This document shows positions 55,912 through 64,000 of a stretch of DNA of 64,000 bases, in pieces. The stretch's first letter is position 1, and the number at the start of each line of letters is the position of its first letter. The stretch is from a phage. A program made the position numbers and the translations under genes. The notes under the pieces were generated by a model. The model was given only the letters and a program-made list of their open reading frames with translations. It did not search any database and was not told the origin of the DNA. The DNA lies in the sequence record PX104380.1; one strand, written 5' to 3'.

Positions 55912-56249
55912 TCACAAGATGTAGATGAACAACCAGAATCACAAGAACTTCCACATGAATCGCCCGTCCATACATGAACAGGAACATTAGTGTCATATGA
56001 ATCAGAACTAGACTGTGTATTCTGCGTATTAGATGATGTAGTAGGTGTTGACCAGCGCCAAGGATTTTTATAATATTCTTGGGCTTCTTCATAAGTCATA
56101 GTAACTGCTTCTACTGTTCCATCTCCCATATAAACATATTCAACTACAGTTAAAGGAAGGTAGTCATTTGAAATAGGAACTACACCTTCTCCGGGAGTTG
56201 TAGAGAAAAAATCCGTAAAGAAACTTTTAAACCAATTAAAGATAAACAT
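55908..56249 (-). CDS. hypothetical protein with Ser/Thr-rich linker and Cys-rich C-terminus, 113 aa
   Basis: C-terminus [18 protein letters not shown] after [15 protein letters not shown] low-complexity stretch. Confidence 0.45.
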   Translation of the reverse strand: MFIFNWFKSFFTDFFSTTPGEGVVPISNDYLPLTVVEYVYMGDGTVEAVTMTYEEAQEYYKNPWRWSTPTTSSNTQNTQSSSDSYDTNVPVHVWTGDSCGSSCDSGCSSTSCD

Positions 56250-56461
56250 TACAAAAAGCCTCTCTTAAATTCGATTCTTTGAAATCCACCCCAGTCAGTG
56301 TATCGCATTTCAGCATTGAACTCGACTGAACCATCTGCATGCATCATGAATGAATGCGTGACGATATCACAATCCCAGCTTTTCATACCCCATTTATCAG
56401 AGATAGCTTTATCAAGAACCTTCTGGAGGTCTTCATTTGGTTTAATCCAACGATTTAACAT
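56249..56461 (-). CDS. hypothetical protein, 70 aa
   Basis: ORF track. Confidence 0.45.
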   Translation of the reverse strand: MLNRWIKPNEDLQKVLDKAISDKWGMKSWDCDIVTHSFMMHADGSVEFNAEMRYTDWGGFQRIEFKRGFL

Positions 56462-56485
56462 AGTGCTCTCCTCTATAAGATAATT

Positions 56486-56517
56486 CTATTATACCATACT
56501 CATTTTGGAAAGTAAAC
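56486..56517 (-). promoter_or_regulatory. early-type promoter
   Basis: GTTTAC-N18-TATAAT directly after soc terminator. Confidence 0.55.
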
Positions 56518-56526
56518 CAGTAAAAT

Positions 56527-56551
56527 GAAAAAAGGACTCCCGAAGGAGTCC
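56527..56551 (-). terminator. rho-independent terminator downstream of soc
   Basis: Same 18-nt hairpin GGACUCCUUCGGGAGUCC as at 3808-3825, followed by UUUUUUCAUUUUA. Confidence 0.65.
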
Positions 56552-56559
56552 TTGAATTA

Positions 56560-56796
56560 TTAACCACCTATTTGTGTAGGCGTAAACATTGCAGCATTCT
56601 TAGTTTTCCAAGTTGCTGCATCAGAAACTACAGTAGAATATGCCGCCTTTTCAGAAGGAAAGGTCTGATAATGAGAATCTGCAATACGATGCTCGTTAGA
56701 ATAAATTTCAAACGGAACAGAAACTTCCATACCTTTAACTTCTTTGCCTTCACCTGCTGGATGAGTAAAGGTCTTGATGTTAACGAAACCACCCAT
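56560..56796 (-). CDS. soc: Soc small outer capsid protein, 78 aa
   Basis: ...VNIKTF...HYQTFPSEKAAYSTV... matches recalled T4 Soc; TATAAATA late promoter upstream. Confidence 0.85.
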   Translation of the reverse strand: MGGFVNIKTFTHPAGEGKEVKGMEVSVPFEIYSNEHRIADSHYQTFPSEKAAYSTVVSDAATWKTKNAAMFTPTQIGG

Positions 56797-56827
56797 AATA
56801 AACTCCTTTATTGTTTAATTACAAGTG

Positions 56828-56835
56828 TATTTATA
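56828..56835 (-). promoter_or_regulatory. late promoter (TATAAATA) for soc
   Basis: Minus-sense TATAAATA ~30 nt upstream of soc ATG, overlapping the 3' end of the HNH ORF. Confidence 0.65.
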
Positions 56836-57667
56836 ATCCATTTTCAAATCTCTTTATCATGTTTATATAATTTTCGTCAGGATAACCTAGGCTAACTGCT
56901 AGTTTTCTAAAATTGACATATTTAGGTTTGTTGTTATTAATCCATAATTCTCTAAGCTCTTTTTCATAATTCCATTTAAGTTGATTTCTGCGTGCAGTTT
57001 TGCTTAAAGTTTTTCCTTTAGCTTTTAAAGCTTTTTCAGATGACTGTTTTAATTTTTGAATATTTAAAACTTCTTCTATAGATAAATTATTTTCCTTTGA
57101 ATATCTTATGCAAAAATCTTTTACTGCGGCTATTAGGCAATTTTTGTGAGTACCTAAAATTTCTGGGTTATTTTCTTCAACTAAAATTCCCCAATATCTT
57201 CGGTAGCGAGGCATATCTCTTGAAATCCAGTCATTATACCAAAAATCAAAGTTGGAATACATGAAAGATTTTCTTTTACGAAGAGTATCTTGGTTTATCC
57301 ATTGCTCACGTTTATCAGCCCATAACTTAATAGTAAAGTCTTTTTCTGAGTCAGAAAGCTTCTTAAATTGCGAGCTATTTACTGAGGTCATTCTCTGGAA
57401 TGCATTCAGCAATCCAAATCTTCCAGTTGAACATAAGAGATAGTGAACATATATGTGTTGATATATTGGGAGATATACTCTATTCCAAGGATGTATTTTA
57501 AAATCACTATACTCAGGAAATGCGCATTTAGGAAGTATATGATGGGCTTCTGTTTTAGATTTGATGTGAGTGTTTAACTTATATTTATCTATAATTTTTA
57601 AGTACTCATCTAAAAGTTCCCATTGCGGGAACTTTTCTTTAAGAGCAGATTTGAAATTAATATCCAT
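56831..57667 (-). CDS. HNH homing-endonuclease-like protein, ~278 aa, between soc and gene 56
   Basis: HNH motif EAHHILPKCAFPEYSDFKIHPWNRVYLPIYQHIYVHYLL, similar to the mobE ORF; track start 57682 is TTG, ATG at 57667. Confidence 0.6.
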   Translation of the reverse strand: MDINFKSALKEKFPQWELLDEYLKIIDKYKLNTHIKSKTEAHHILPKCAFPEYSDFKIHPWNRVYLPIYQHIYVHYLLCSTGRFGLLNAFQRMTSVNSSQFKKLSDSEKDFTIKLWADKREQWINQDTLRKRKSFMYSNFDFWYNDWISRDMPRYRRYWGILVEENNPEILGTHKNCLIAAVKDFCIRYSKENNLSIEEVLNIQKLKQSSEKALKAKGKTLSKTARRNQLKWNYEKELRELWINNNKPKYVNFRKLAVSLGYPDENYINMIKRFENGL

Positions 57668-58175
57668 TATCTTGACGTTCAAAATTATGCTTGTTCTTCA
57701 GATAATAAAGTTTAAAGATTTCTTCAGCAGTAAGGCCGAGACCTTGGAACATGTTCAGAACGAAATGAAGAATATCAATCATTTCGAATTTAATTTCCAA
57801 CTGGTCTTGTGGAGACAAATCAGTAATCAGAGTTTCACGACGTTCACCATGCTGCGACTTCCAAGGCTTCCATACAGCAGATGCATCTTTTTCACCATTG
57901 CTCATACCACCAAGAGAAGTCAGAAGTTCACGGAATTCATCATCAATGTAATCTTTCTGATTACGCAGCCAATCGACAACTTCACCTGCAGTAGCCAAAT
58001 CATCAGGATGACGGTTATATTCAGGTTTATCTTTAGCTAAACGAACCTGCAGAGATTTCTGCATATCAAGCATAACTTGCAGTGGGTCTTTTTCATCACC
58101 GAGAATATCCCAGTATTCATTTTGAGCTTTATCAGCACCAGCGATCAGATGACTACATTCGTTGAAATGTGGCAT
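57657..58175 (-). CDS. 56: dCTP pyrophosphatase (dCTPase/dUTPase) gp56, 172 aa
   Basis: 172 aa MazG-like; position upstream of soc. Confidence 0.85.
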   Translation of the reverse strand: MPHFNECSHLIAGADKAQNEYWDILGDEKDPLQVMLDMQKSLQVRLAKDKPEYNRHPDDLATAGEVVDWLRNQKDYIDDEFRELLTSLGGMSNGEKDASAVWKPWKSQHGERRETLITDLSPQDQLEIKFEMIDILHFVLNMFQGLGLTAEEIFKLYYLKNKHNFERQDNGY

Positions 58176-58248
58176 GTTATTTTTCCTTTCAATTCATGGG
58201 TTAGTAGATTAATTATACAATAAATATATAAAGCAATAAGGAGGACAT

Positions 58249-58449
58249 ATGGTACAAAAATTAATGGCACTTGTTAATGCCATAAAAGGTAATAAAAAAC
58301 GTATAGCTTTTACTATTTCTGCTATGGTAGGAATTTTACTCTGGAACTTTATTTTATCACCTGTTGCAATTGCACATGGTGTTAATATTCCAGTAGTTAC
58401 TCTTGATACATTTGTAGATTTAGCATTTGCTTTAGTTGGGTTAATTTAA
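58249..58449 (+). CDS. small membrane protein, 66 aa, plus strand
   Basis: ATG at 58249 preceded by AAGGAGG; two predicted TM segments (IAFTISAMVGILLWNFIL, LVGLI). Confidence 0.45.
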   Translation: MVQKLMALVNAIKGNKKRIAFTISAMVGILLWNFILSPVAIAHGVNIPVVTLDTFVDLAFALVGLI

Positions 58450-59474
58450 ATCTTAGCATATTTAGATAACCGCATTTTAGCCATTAACCCCTGGGCAATA
58501 TTATTTTTCATATATTCCATAATTTGTTCAGGGGTTGCACCTTCCTTTCTAATCATATCATTAACATCTTTTGATTTCCAGGGAGATTTATCCCAAAACA
58601 TAACCCTTTCTCCTGCATCAACTAATTTAGTCATTCGCTTGATAGTGTCAGGATGACGAGGTTCATTATCTAAAACCCACACTCGTCTATCTTTAAATGG
58701 AACAACTTCTAGGTCTAATTGACCACCCGTAATAGCTATACCATTTTCAATGAAAAGGGAATCGATAGGTCCTTCTAGAACATATACATCGCCATCTTTA
58801 ACTCGTTCAACTCCATAGATTTTTGTTGCCTCAGGATAAGCTTTAATGGTGATATATTTTTGAGGAGCATCTTTCTTTAATGCGCGTCCTTGAAAAGACT
58901 CAGCCTTTCCGTCAGCATTATAAATTGGAATAACAAGACGAGGCTCAGAAATTTCCTTTTTGTATGTTCCCGGTGCGATGCTATTAACTAATTTAGGCCA
59001 TTCGGTTGTAAACCAAAGATATTTCCATTTATCCTTTGGAATACAACGAGCTTTTACATATTTTATAATTGGATGGTCTTCCGCCAGTTTATCTAATCTA
59101 ACACATGACGGAAGAGATTTAATTATTTTCTTCTCAGGTTGTTTAGGAAGTTCTTTAGGTTTTTCTACTGAACGACTTTTACCTTTTTCTTTTCTTATTT
59201 CAAAGATATACTCACGATATAAATCAGGTTCAAACTCCTTTAAATATATTCCGATTGGTGCATGATAGTTACAGTTATAACAATGAATATTTCCTTCATT
59301 ATTATCACCATAATACCATCCACGGGCTTTATTCTGGTCGGTTTTTGAATCTCCACAAACTGGGCATCTAAACCGTAATTTAAAAGTTGAACTATTATTT
59401 ACTTGTGTGAATTTAGGTAAATGAGCTAATGCACGGTATGCAAACTCATTATCAATCCAAGGTATTGATGACAT
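58446..59474 (-). CDS. 61: DNA primase gp61, 342 aa
   Basis: N-terminal zinc ribbon CPVCGDS...CYNC; TOPRIM region; 342 aa. Confidence 0.9.
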   Translation of the reverse strand: MSSIPWIDNEFAYRALAHLPKFTQVNNSSTFKLRFRCPVCGDSKTDQNKARGWYYGDNNEGNIHCYNCNYHAPIGIYLKEFEPDLYREYIFEIRKEKGKSRSVEKPKELPKQPEKKIIKSLPSCVRLDKLAEDHPIIKYVKARCIPKDKWKYLWFTTEWPKLVNSIAPGTYKKEISEPRLVIPIYNADGKAESFQGRALKKDAPQKYITIKAYPEATKIYGVERVKDGDVYVLEGPIDSLFIENGIAITGGQLDLEVVPFKDRRVWVLDNEPRHPDTIKRMTKLVDAGERVMFWDKSPWKSKDVNDMIRKEGATPEQIMEYMKNNIAQGLMAKMRLSKYAKI

Positions 59475-59476
59475 TT

Positions 59477-59641
59477 TTACTCTTCTTTTTCTTTAGATTC
59501 CTCTTTTTTCTTTTTAGGAATCTGTTCAGGACCTTTATTTACTATAGCACCTGATGTTGTTCCAGTAGAGATATTTTCAGGATTACCACCTGAATCTCCA
59601 GCAACCATATCTTCTTTAATAAATTCTTTATATGTTTTCAT
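59477..59641 (-). CDS. hypothetical small lysine/glutamate-rich protein, 54 aa
   Basis: ATG at 59641; below track cutoff. Confidence 0.35.
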   Translation of the reverse strand: MKTYKEFIKEDMVAGDSGGNPENISTGTTSGAIVNKGPEQIPKKKKEESKEKEE

Positions 59642-59642
59642 A

Positions 59643-60290
59643 TTAACCTCTATTCATAAAAGCATTAAAAATTTGATCGTCAATAGAAACTTTTACTTTA
59701 GGCTGTTCTTCAAACGGTAATTCATATCCACATATTACAATTTTGTGATCGATACCAAAATACACAGAAGCAATATGATTAATATTATTTTCAGTGAAAT
59801 CTAAATCAACATCAACATCTTTTTGACTAACGCTCAAAGGATAATTAATACGAATAATTCGATTATCTTTAACAAAGATTCCACCGACATACTCTGTGTT
59901 GCGTTTAAAGTTTACACGTTTCCTAAATGAAAAATATTCAGGTTCTTTATGAGCCCGACTCATAGGACACAATGAGTAGCTAGAATAAGAGATGTCAAAT
60001 CCTACACCTTCAATATGAATATGAGCCAACGTGTCATGATTAAACCAATTATAATCATATGCCAAATCCATTATATTGTAATATGTGAAAGGCACCGGAT
60101 TAACATCATGTGTTGTACCTTTAAAATCTGCCCAGGCAACGATTTCGTTATCTTTAACAATTACAAAAATTGTGCCAATAAGATATCCACGGTTATTTTC
60201 ATCAGGCGTTATAGTATAACATTGTGCATCAGGAAATTTACCGTATTTAAACGGTGGATTTTTGTGCATATAATAAATCATATTATTCAC
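59643..60290 (-). CDS. hypothetical protein, 215 aa
   Basis: ORF track. Confidence 0.5.
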   Translation of the reverse strand: MNNMIYYMHKNPPFKYGKFPDAQCYTITPDENNRGYLIGTIFVIVKDNEIVAWADFKGTTHDVNPVPFTYYNIMDLAYDYNWFNHDTLAHIHIEGVGFDISYSSYSLCPMSRAHKEPEYFSFRKRVNFKRNTEYVGGIFVKDNRIIRINYPLSVSQKDVDVDLDFTENNINHIASVYFGIDHKIVICGYELPFEEQPKVKVSIDDQIFNAFMNRG

Positions 60291-60576
60291 CTGTGATTTC
60301 GGTTACGATATTTTTGTTATTAAAGTTTTTATCGCAATACAGAACATAATTATACTGCATTACACCACCAGACTTAAGCTGTTTTTGTACTTCAGCTTTC
60401 ATTTCAGGACGATCGCGCTCAACAATATTCATAATATCCGCTTCAATTTGAGTTTCAACTTCAGTCTGATCTGCAGTCATAGACCATTCACACAAATCTT
60501 TATCATATCCTGCCATAGCAGGCTGAGCAGCACAAGAAGCCAAAGTAAAAATTGTAGCAAAAATAAATTTTTTCAT
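60283..60576 (-). CDS. secreted/periplasmic protein, 97 aa
   Basis: N-terminal signal peptide MKKFIFATIFTLASCAAQPAMA. Confidence 0.5.
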   Translation of the reverse strand: MKKFIFATIFTLASCAAQPAMAGYDKDLCEWSMTADQTEVETQIEADIMNIVERDRPEMKAEVQKQLKSGGVMQYNYVLYCDKNFNNKNIVTEITGE

Positions 60577-60602
60577 GATAATCTCCTCAGTAGTTTATGT
60601 TT

Positions 60603-60634
60603 ATATAGTATCTCAATTTCCAACAAAAGTAAAC
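60603..60634 (-). promoter_or_regulatory. early-type promoter
   Basis: GTTTAC...TACTATATA upstream of ORF 60283-60576. Confidence 0.5.
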
Positions 60635-60636
60635 AG

Positions 60637-60894
60637 CTATTTTAAAACTTCTGTATAATCACATGTTACAAACTGTTTCTCTAACTTGACGATTTTACGA
60701 AAATACCTTTTACACTGACGAATCTGTCGCTTCGTAGGACGTACAGCAAACTTAATAAATTCCACTCGACCAAATGGAGGACTTTCTTCTGCTGGAATAT
60801 CTAGCACCAATTCCCACGTATCTGCAATAAGTGCTTTGAATTGAGTATTTTTCCTGACGTTATACGGAGTAGGTTTAAATAAAACAATATGCAT
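60637..60894 (-). CDS. hypothetical protein, 85 aa
   Basis: ORF track. Confidence 0.5.
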   Translation of the reverse strand: MHIVLFKPTPYNVRKNTQFKALIADTWELVLDIPAEESPPFGRVEFIKFAVRPTKRQIRQCKRYFRKIVKLEKQFVTCDYTEVLK

Positions 60895-60895
60895 A

Positions 60896-61078
60896 TTATC
60901 CTCGGCAATCTACTTCACATACTTTCTTGTCATCAATGAAAGCTTTAACTAATGCTGTATTAACTTCAGCATATTGAGTAGTAGCCCATTGAACGTCATC
61001 TTTCATCATTGTGATTTCTTTAGTAAACGTACTTTCATTCTTAAACCACCCCATAAAAACTACCTTTACCAATTCCAT
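60896..61078 (-). CDS. dmd: Dmd (discriminator of mRNA degradation; antitoxin against host RnlA/LsoA), 60 aa
   Basis: 60 aa MELVKVVFMGWFKNES...; matches recalled T4 Dmd; immediately downstream of gene 41. Confidence 0.75.
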   Translation of the reverse strand: MELVKVVFMGWFKNESTFTKEITMMKDDVQWATTQYAEVNTALVKAFIDDKKVCEVDCRG

Positions 61079-61104
61079 AACAATCTCCTCATTTAACCAA
61101 CAAG

Positions 61105-61137
61105 ACTACTATACCATAGTCTTGTCAGCTTGTAAAC
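61105..61137 (-). promoter_or_regulatory. early-type promoter
   Basis: GTTTAC-N18-TATAGT upstream of dmd, overlapping gene 41 stop. Confidence 0.5.
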
Positions 61138-62564
61138 TAAAATTTTAATTCATTTGCCAAAGCATCTAACTGAGCTCGAGCTGATTCGTTTCTTTGATAG
61201 CGATTCTGTTCAGCCTGAATCTGCTGTGAACCTGCTACTTCACTCACTTCGGTTGGAGTAGAATCTTGTTCAATTTCTACCCATTTTTGATTTCCTTTTT
61301 GAACACCCATCAAAAACTTATTCCACTTATTCTTATCGCCATAACGTGATTTGATTTGCTTAATGAGTTGTTGTTCAGCAGCTGCTAGCTCCTCGGTTTC
61401 AATGACCGCAAGCATAAAATCAGCTGTTGCTGGAAGACCAGCAGATTCTGCAATATCGCTCATGTTAACATCGGAAGAGTCCCAAGCTTGTTTACCAACC
61501 TGTGCTGCAGTCCAAAGAACAGTTTCGGTTTCAACAGCCAGAGCACGCAATTCCTCTGCAATAGCTTTAACAGTTGTGTAACTATTTTCTGAGTAAACTC
61601 TGATGCGGCAAGATTTACAAATACCTAGATAGTCGACAATAATGATTGTTGGAACAAAATTCTTCTTGAGCTTTAATTCATTTAAAAGTGATCGAAATGT
61701 ATTAGCGTCTGCTCCACCAGTAGGATATTGCTTAACGATTAAACGACCGAGAGTAGATTTCTCACGCCATTTTTCCATTTTTCCTTTATACTCGGCATAA
61801 GAAATATGTCCATCATCAATGTCATCAAGAGAAACATCAAGCATGTTAGCGTCAATACGTTTAGCGCAGACTTCTTCTGCCATTTCCATGGAGATATAAA
61901 GAACGTTATGACCAAGCTGTAAATAATCCGCTGCTAATGAACACAATCCTAATGACTTACCAACGTTAACGCCAGCCATTAAAACGTTCAGTGTTCCTGT
62001 TTCAGCTCCGCCTTTTGTAATTTTATTCAAAATACGGAGTTTAAATGGAACCTTACGAGCTTTATTCATATAAGATAGCCAGCGTGCTTCGTAGTCATCC
62101 ATCCAATCATGACCAACGTAGCTATCAAATGAAATTGATAATGCTTGACGCATGATGTCAGGAATAGCACCAACATCCGGCATTTTCTTATTTCGTTTTT
62201 CCGGAGGAAGCTCAGCATTAGTTTGAATTTCAATTATTTTAGACGTAGCATTAAACATCGCCCTTTGCTGAACATATTTTTCTGTTTCTTTTATTAACCA
62301 ACTGTGGTCTTCTGGAGAATCAGCTAGTTTTGAAATAAGTGTTTTTACACCAGAATATTCTGTTTCAGTAAATGAACTATTTTCTAATGCAACATTTAAC
62401 GCATTAATAGATGGAACGCTATGGTACTCATTAACATGAGATTTAATTAATTTGAATGTATTTTTAGCTGGACCACTTTCAAAATATTCTGAATCCATAT
62501 ATGGCCAAACTTTTGAAAAATAAGCTTGATCAAATATGAGATGAGAAAGAATAATTTCTACCAC
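61137..62564 (-). CDS. 41: replicative DnaB-like helicase gp41, 475 aa
   Basis: Walker A GVNVGKS, RecA-like core; 475 aa; apparent GTG start with AAGGAG 5 nt upstream. Confidence 0.95.
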   Translation of the reverse strand: MVEIILSHLIFDQAYFSKVWPYMDSEYFESGPAKNTFKLIKSHVNEYHSVPSINALNVALENSSFTETEYSGVKTLISKLADSPEDHSWLIKETEKYVQQRAMFNATSKIIEIQTNAELPPEKRNKKMPDVGAIPDIMRQALSISFDSYVGHDWMDDYEARWLSYMNKARKVPFKLRILNKITKGGAETGTLNVLMAGVNVGKSLGLCSLAADYLQLGHNVLYISMEMAEEVCAKRIDANMLDVSLDDIDDGHISYAEYKGKMEKWREKSTLGRLIVKQYPTGGADANTFRSLLNELKLKKNFVPTIIIVDYLGICKSCRIRVYSENSYTTVKAIAEELRALAVETETVLWTAAQVGKQAWDSSDVNMSDIAESAGLPATADFMLAVIETEELAAAEQQLIKQIKSRYGDKNKWNKFLMGVQKGNQKWVEIEQDSTPTEVSEVAGSQQIQAEQNRYQRNESARAQLDALANELKF

Positions 62565-62573
62565 ACTTACTCC

Positions 62574-62918
62574 TTAAAAGAATTTAAATTTTTTCTTTGA
62601 CCTTTTATTAAATGCATCTTGTAGTTGCATTGTAATACATTTTTCTACATGAGGAGCTAACTCAGCTTTTCTTTCTTGGTCAAGAACAGCAAAGTCCATT
62701 ACGACTTTTCCATCAACCCAATCTAATTTTGTCACATACACAATGTGTGTAGAACCATCTTCTAGTTTAATGACAATCTCCTGGATAACATTTTCCATGG
62801 CAGATTTAATTATCTTAAGAGATTCATTAAAAAGACGTTCTTTTCTTTCTTCTTCCCCCTCCGAAGAGGGGGATTCATCGATAATTTCTAGATCTAAATC
62901 TAAATCATCTTTATTCAT
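62574..62918 (-). CDS. 40: gp40 head-vertex assembly protein, ~114 aa
   Basis: Track start 62936 is GTG; ATG at 62918 overlaps uvsX 3' end; assignment by position between uvsX and 41. Confidence 0.5.
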   Translation of the reverse strand: MNKDDLDLDLEIIDESPSSEGEEERKERLFNESLKIIKSAMENVIQEIVIKLEDGSTHIVYVTKLDWVDGKVVMDFAVLDQERKAELAPHVEKCITMQLQDAFNKRSKKKFKFF

Positions 62919-64000
62919 TAAATTCTTCCATATCACTTAACTGCTCGAGGTCAGTTTCTAAATCAGCAGCTGATTTACTTTTACTTTCTGAAGATTTAAA
63001 TTTTTCAACTTTTGAGTTAATTAATTCATCAACTTCAGCTTCAACAATTTCATTACTATCAATAGCACCTAACTGATAAGCACGTTTAATAGCATCTCGG
63101 AATGGTTGATGCTTAAATAAAGGACCCCAGAATGTAGTGCAGTTGGTATCTTTTGCACGCCAAGATTTTTCTTCGCGAATCATCTCACCGGTTTCTTCAT
63201 CAAGAAATTCACGAGCATACCAACCATTTTTAGGTTTTACCACGAATCCTAATTCTAGAGCCATATCTAACAATCCAGAATAAGGATCAATACCACCGTC
63301 AAATTTAACATCAATAAAGAATTTACTTTTTTCTTTAACGGTACGAGATTTTTCTACATTTAGAACAAATTGATACCCCTGAAGATCAGAGCCATCTTTA
63401 ATCTGACGTTTACCGATAATGAATACGGTATCAGCCGAATACATTACGCCTGTACCACCTGTCATCACGGTTTTACTAAACATTTCAATTGTTTCAATTG
63501 TATGGTTAACCGCAACACATGGAATATTTTTAATGCTAAAGTAAGGAGTAACAATACGGAATAATGACTTCAGTGATTTAGCACGAGTCATATCTGCCAC
63601 AGATTTTTCATTCAAGGCATCTTCCGTTTCTTTCTTAGAAGCCATATTACCAATTGAGTCGATGAATACAATAACCTTTTCACCACGCTCAATAGCTTCA
63701 AGCTGATTCACCATATCAATTTTCAGCTGTTCAACTGACTGAATTGGCGTATGAATTACTCGTTCCGGGTCAACTCCCATGGATCGCAAATAAGCTGGAG
63801 TAATACCAAATTCGCTATCATAGAATAGACAAACCGCGTCAGGATATTTGTTCAAATATGCCGCAACCATAGTCAAAGACATATTTGATTTAAAGTGTTT
63901 AGAAGGTCCTGCGAAAATAGTTAAACCAGACTGCATACCGCCATCAATCGCACCAGAAATAGCAATATTAAGCATTGGGATTTTTGTACGAATTACATCC
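62911..64000 (-). CDS. uvsX: UvsX RecA-like recombinase, C-terminal ~360 codons; N-terminus beyond window end
   Basis: Walker A GPSKHFKSN, RecA-fold core, acidic C-terminal tail; ORF open to window edge. Confidence 0.9.
   Translation of the reverse strand, partial: DVIRTKIPMLNIAISGAIDGGMQSGLTIFAGPSKHFKSNMSLTMVAAYLNKYPDAVCLFYDSEFGITPAYLRSMGVDPERVIHTPIQSVEQLKIDMVNQLEAIERGEKVIVFIDSIGNMASKKETEDALNEKSVADMTRAKSLKSLFRIVTPYFSIKNIPCVAVNHTIETIEMFSKTVMTGGTGVMYSADTVFIIGKRQIKDGSDLQGYQFVLNVEKSRTVKEKSKFFIDVKFDGGIDPYSGLLDMALELGFVVKPKNGWYAREFLDEETGEMIREEKSWRAKDTNCTTFWGPLFKHQPFRDAIKRAYQLGAIDSNEIVEAEVDELINSKVEKFKSSESKSKSAADLETDLEQLSDMEEFNE

Noticed and set aside
58200-58248. Possible late promoter for the plus-strand 66-aa ORF (aataaatatataaag)
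   Set aside because: No exact TATAAATA and no clear sigma70 -35/-10 pair; expression signal unresolved, so only the ORF is reported.

Overview
This window reads as a contiguous ~64 kb segment of a T4-like (T-even, Tevenvirinae) phage genome, collinear with the T4 map from gene 30 (DNA ligase, truncated at the left edge) to uvsX (truncated at the right edge). Almost all genes are on the minus strand in tight early/middle arrays (ligase, rIII, gp31, dCMP deaminase, PseT, spanins, Alc, Rnl1, EndoII, NrdB, MobE, NrdA, Td, Frd, gp32, gp59, gp33, DsbA, RNase H, AsiA, Arn, MotA, gp52, EndoIV, rIIB, rIIA, gp39, DexA, Dda, Srd, ModA, ModB, Soc, gp56, gp61, Dmd, gp41, gp40, UvsX). A plus-strand late block at 23.7-34.3 kb carries long tail fibre genes 34-35-36-37-38 and holin t. 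Identifications rest on reading the supplied translations (motifs, lengths, gene order) against recalled T4 proteins; no database search was run. I found no tRNA, rRNA, CRISPR array, integrase or transposase. I do not see a clearly novel multi-gene system. What stands out are differences from T4 as I recall it: a contiguous 605-aa gp39 with no gene-60 split, uninterrupted td and nrdB, a T2-type gp37/gp38 adhesin module, no dam-sized ORF between 56 and 61, an extra ORF between td and frd, and different homing-endonuclease content. Also notable are a highly repeated early-promoter cassette family, sense-strand UUCG-tetraloop hairpins, and many small unassigned ORFs, including a NADAR-domain protein. 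Hypothetical ORF coordinates follow the supplied track, whose first codon is sometimes GTG/TTG (seen at five checked sites), so true starts may differ; regulatory-site coordinates are approximate to a few nt.
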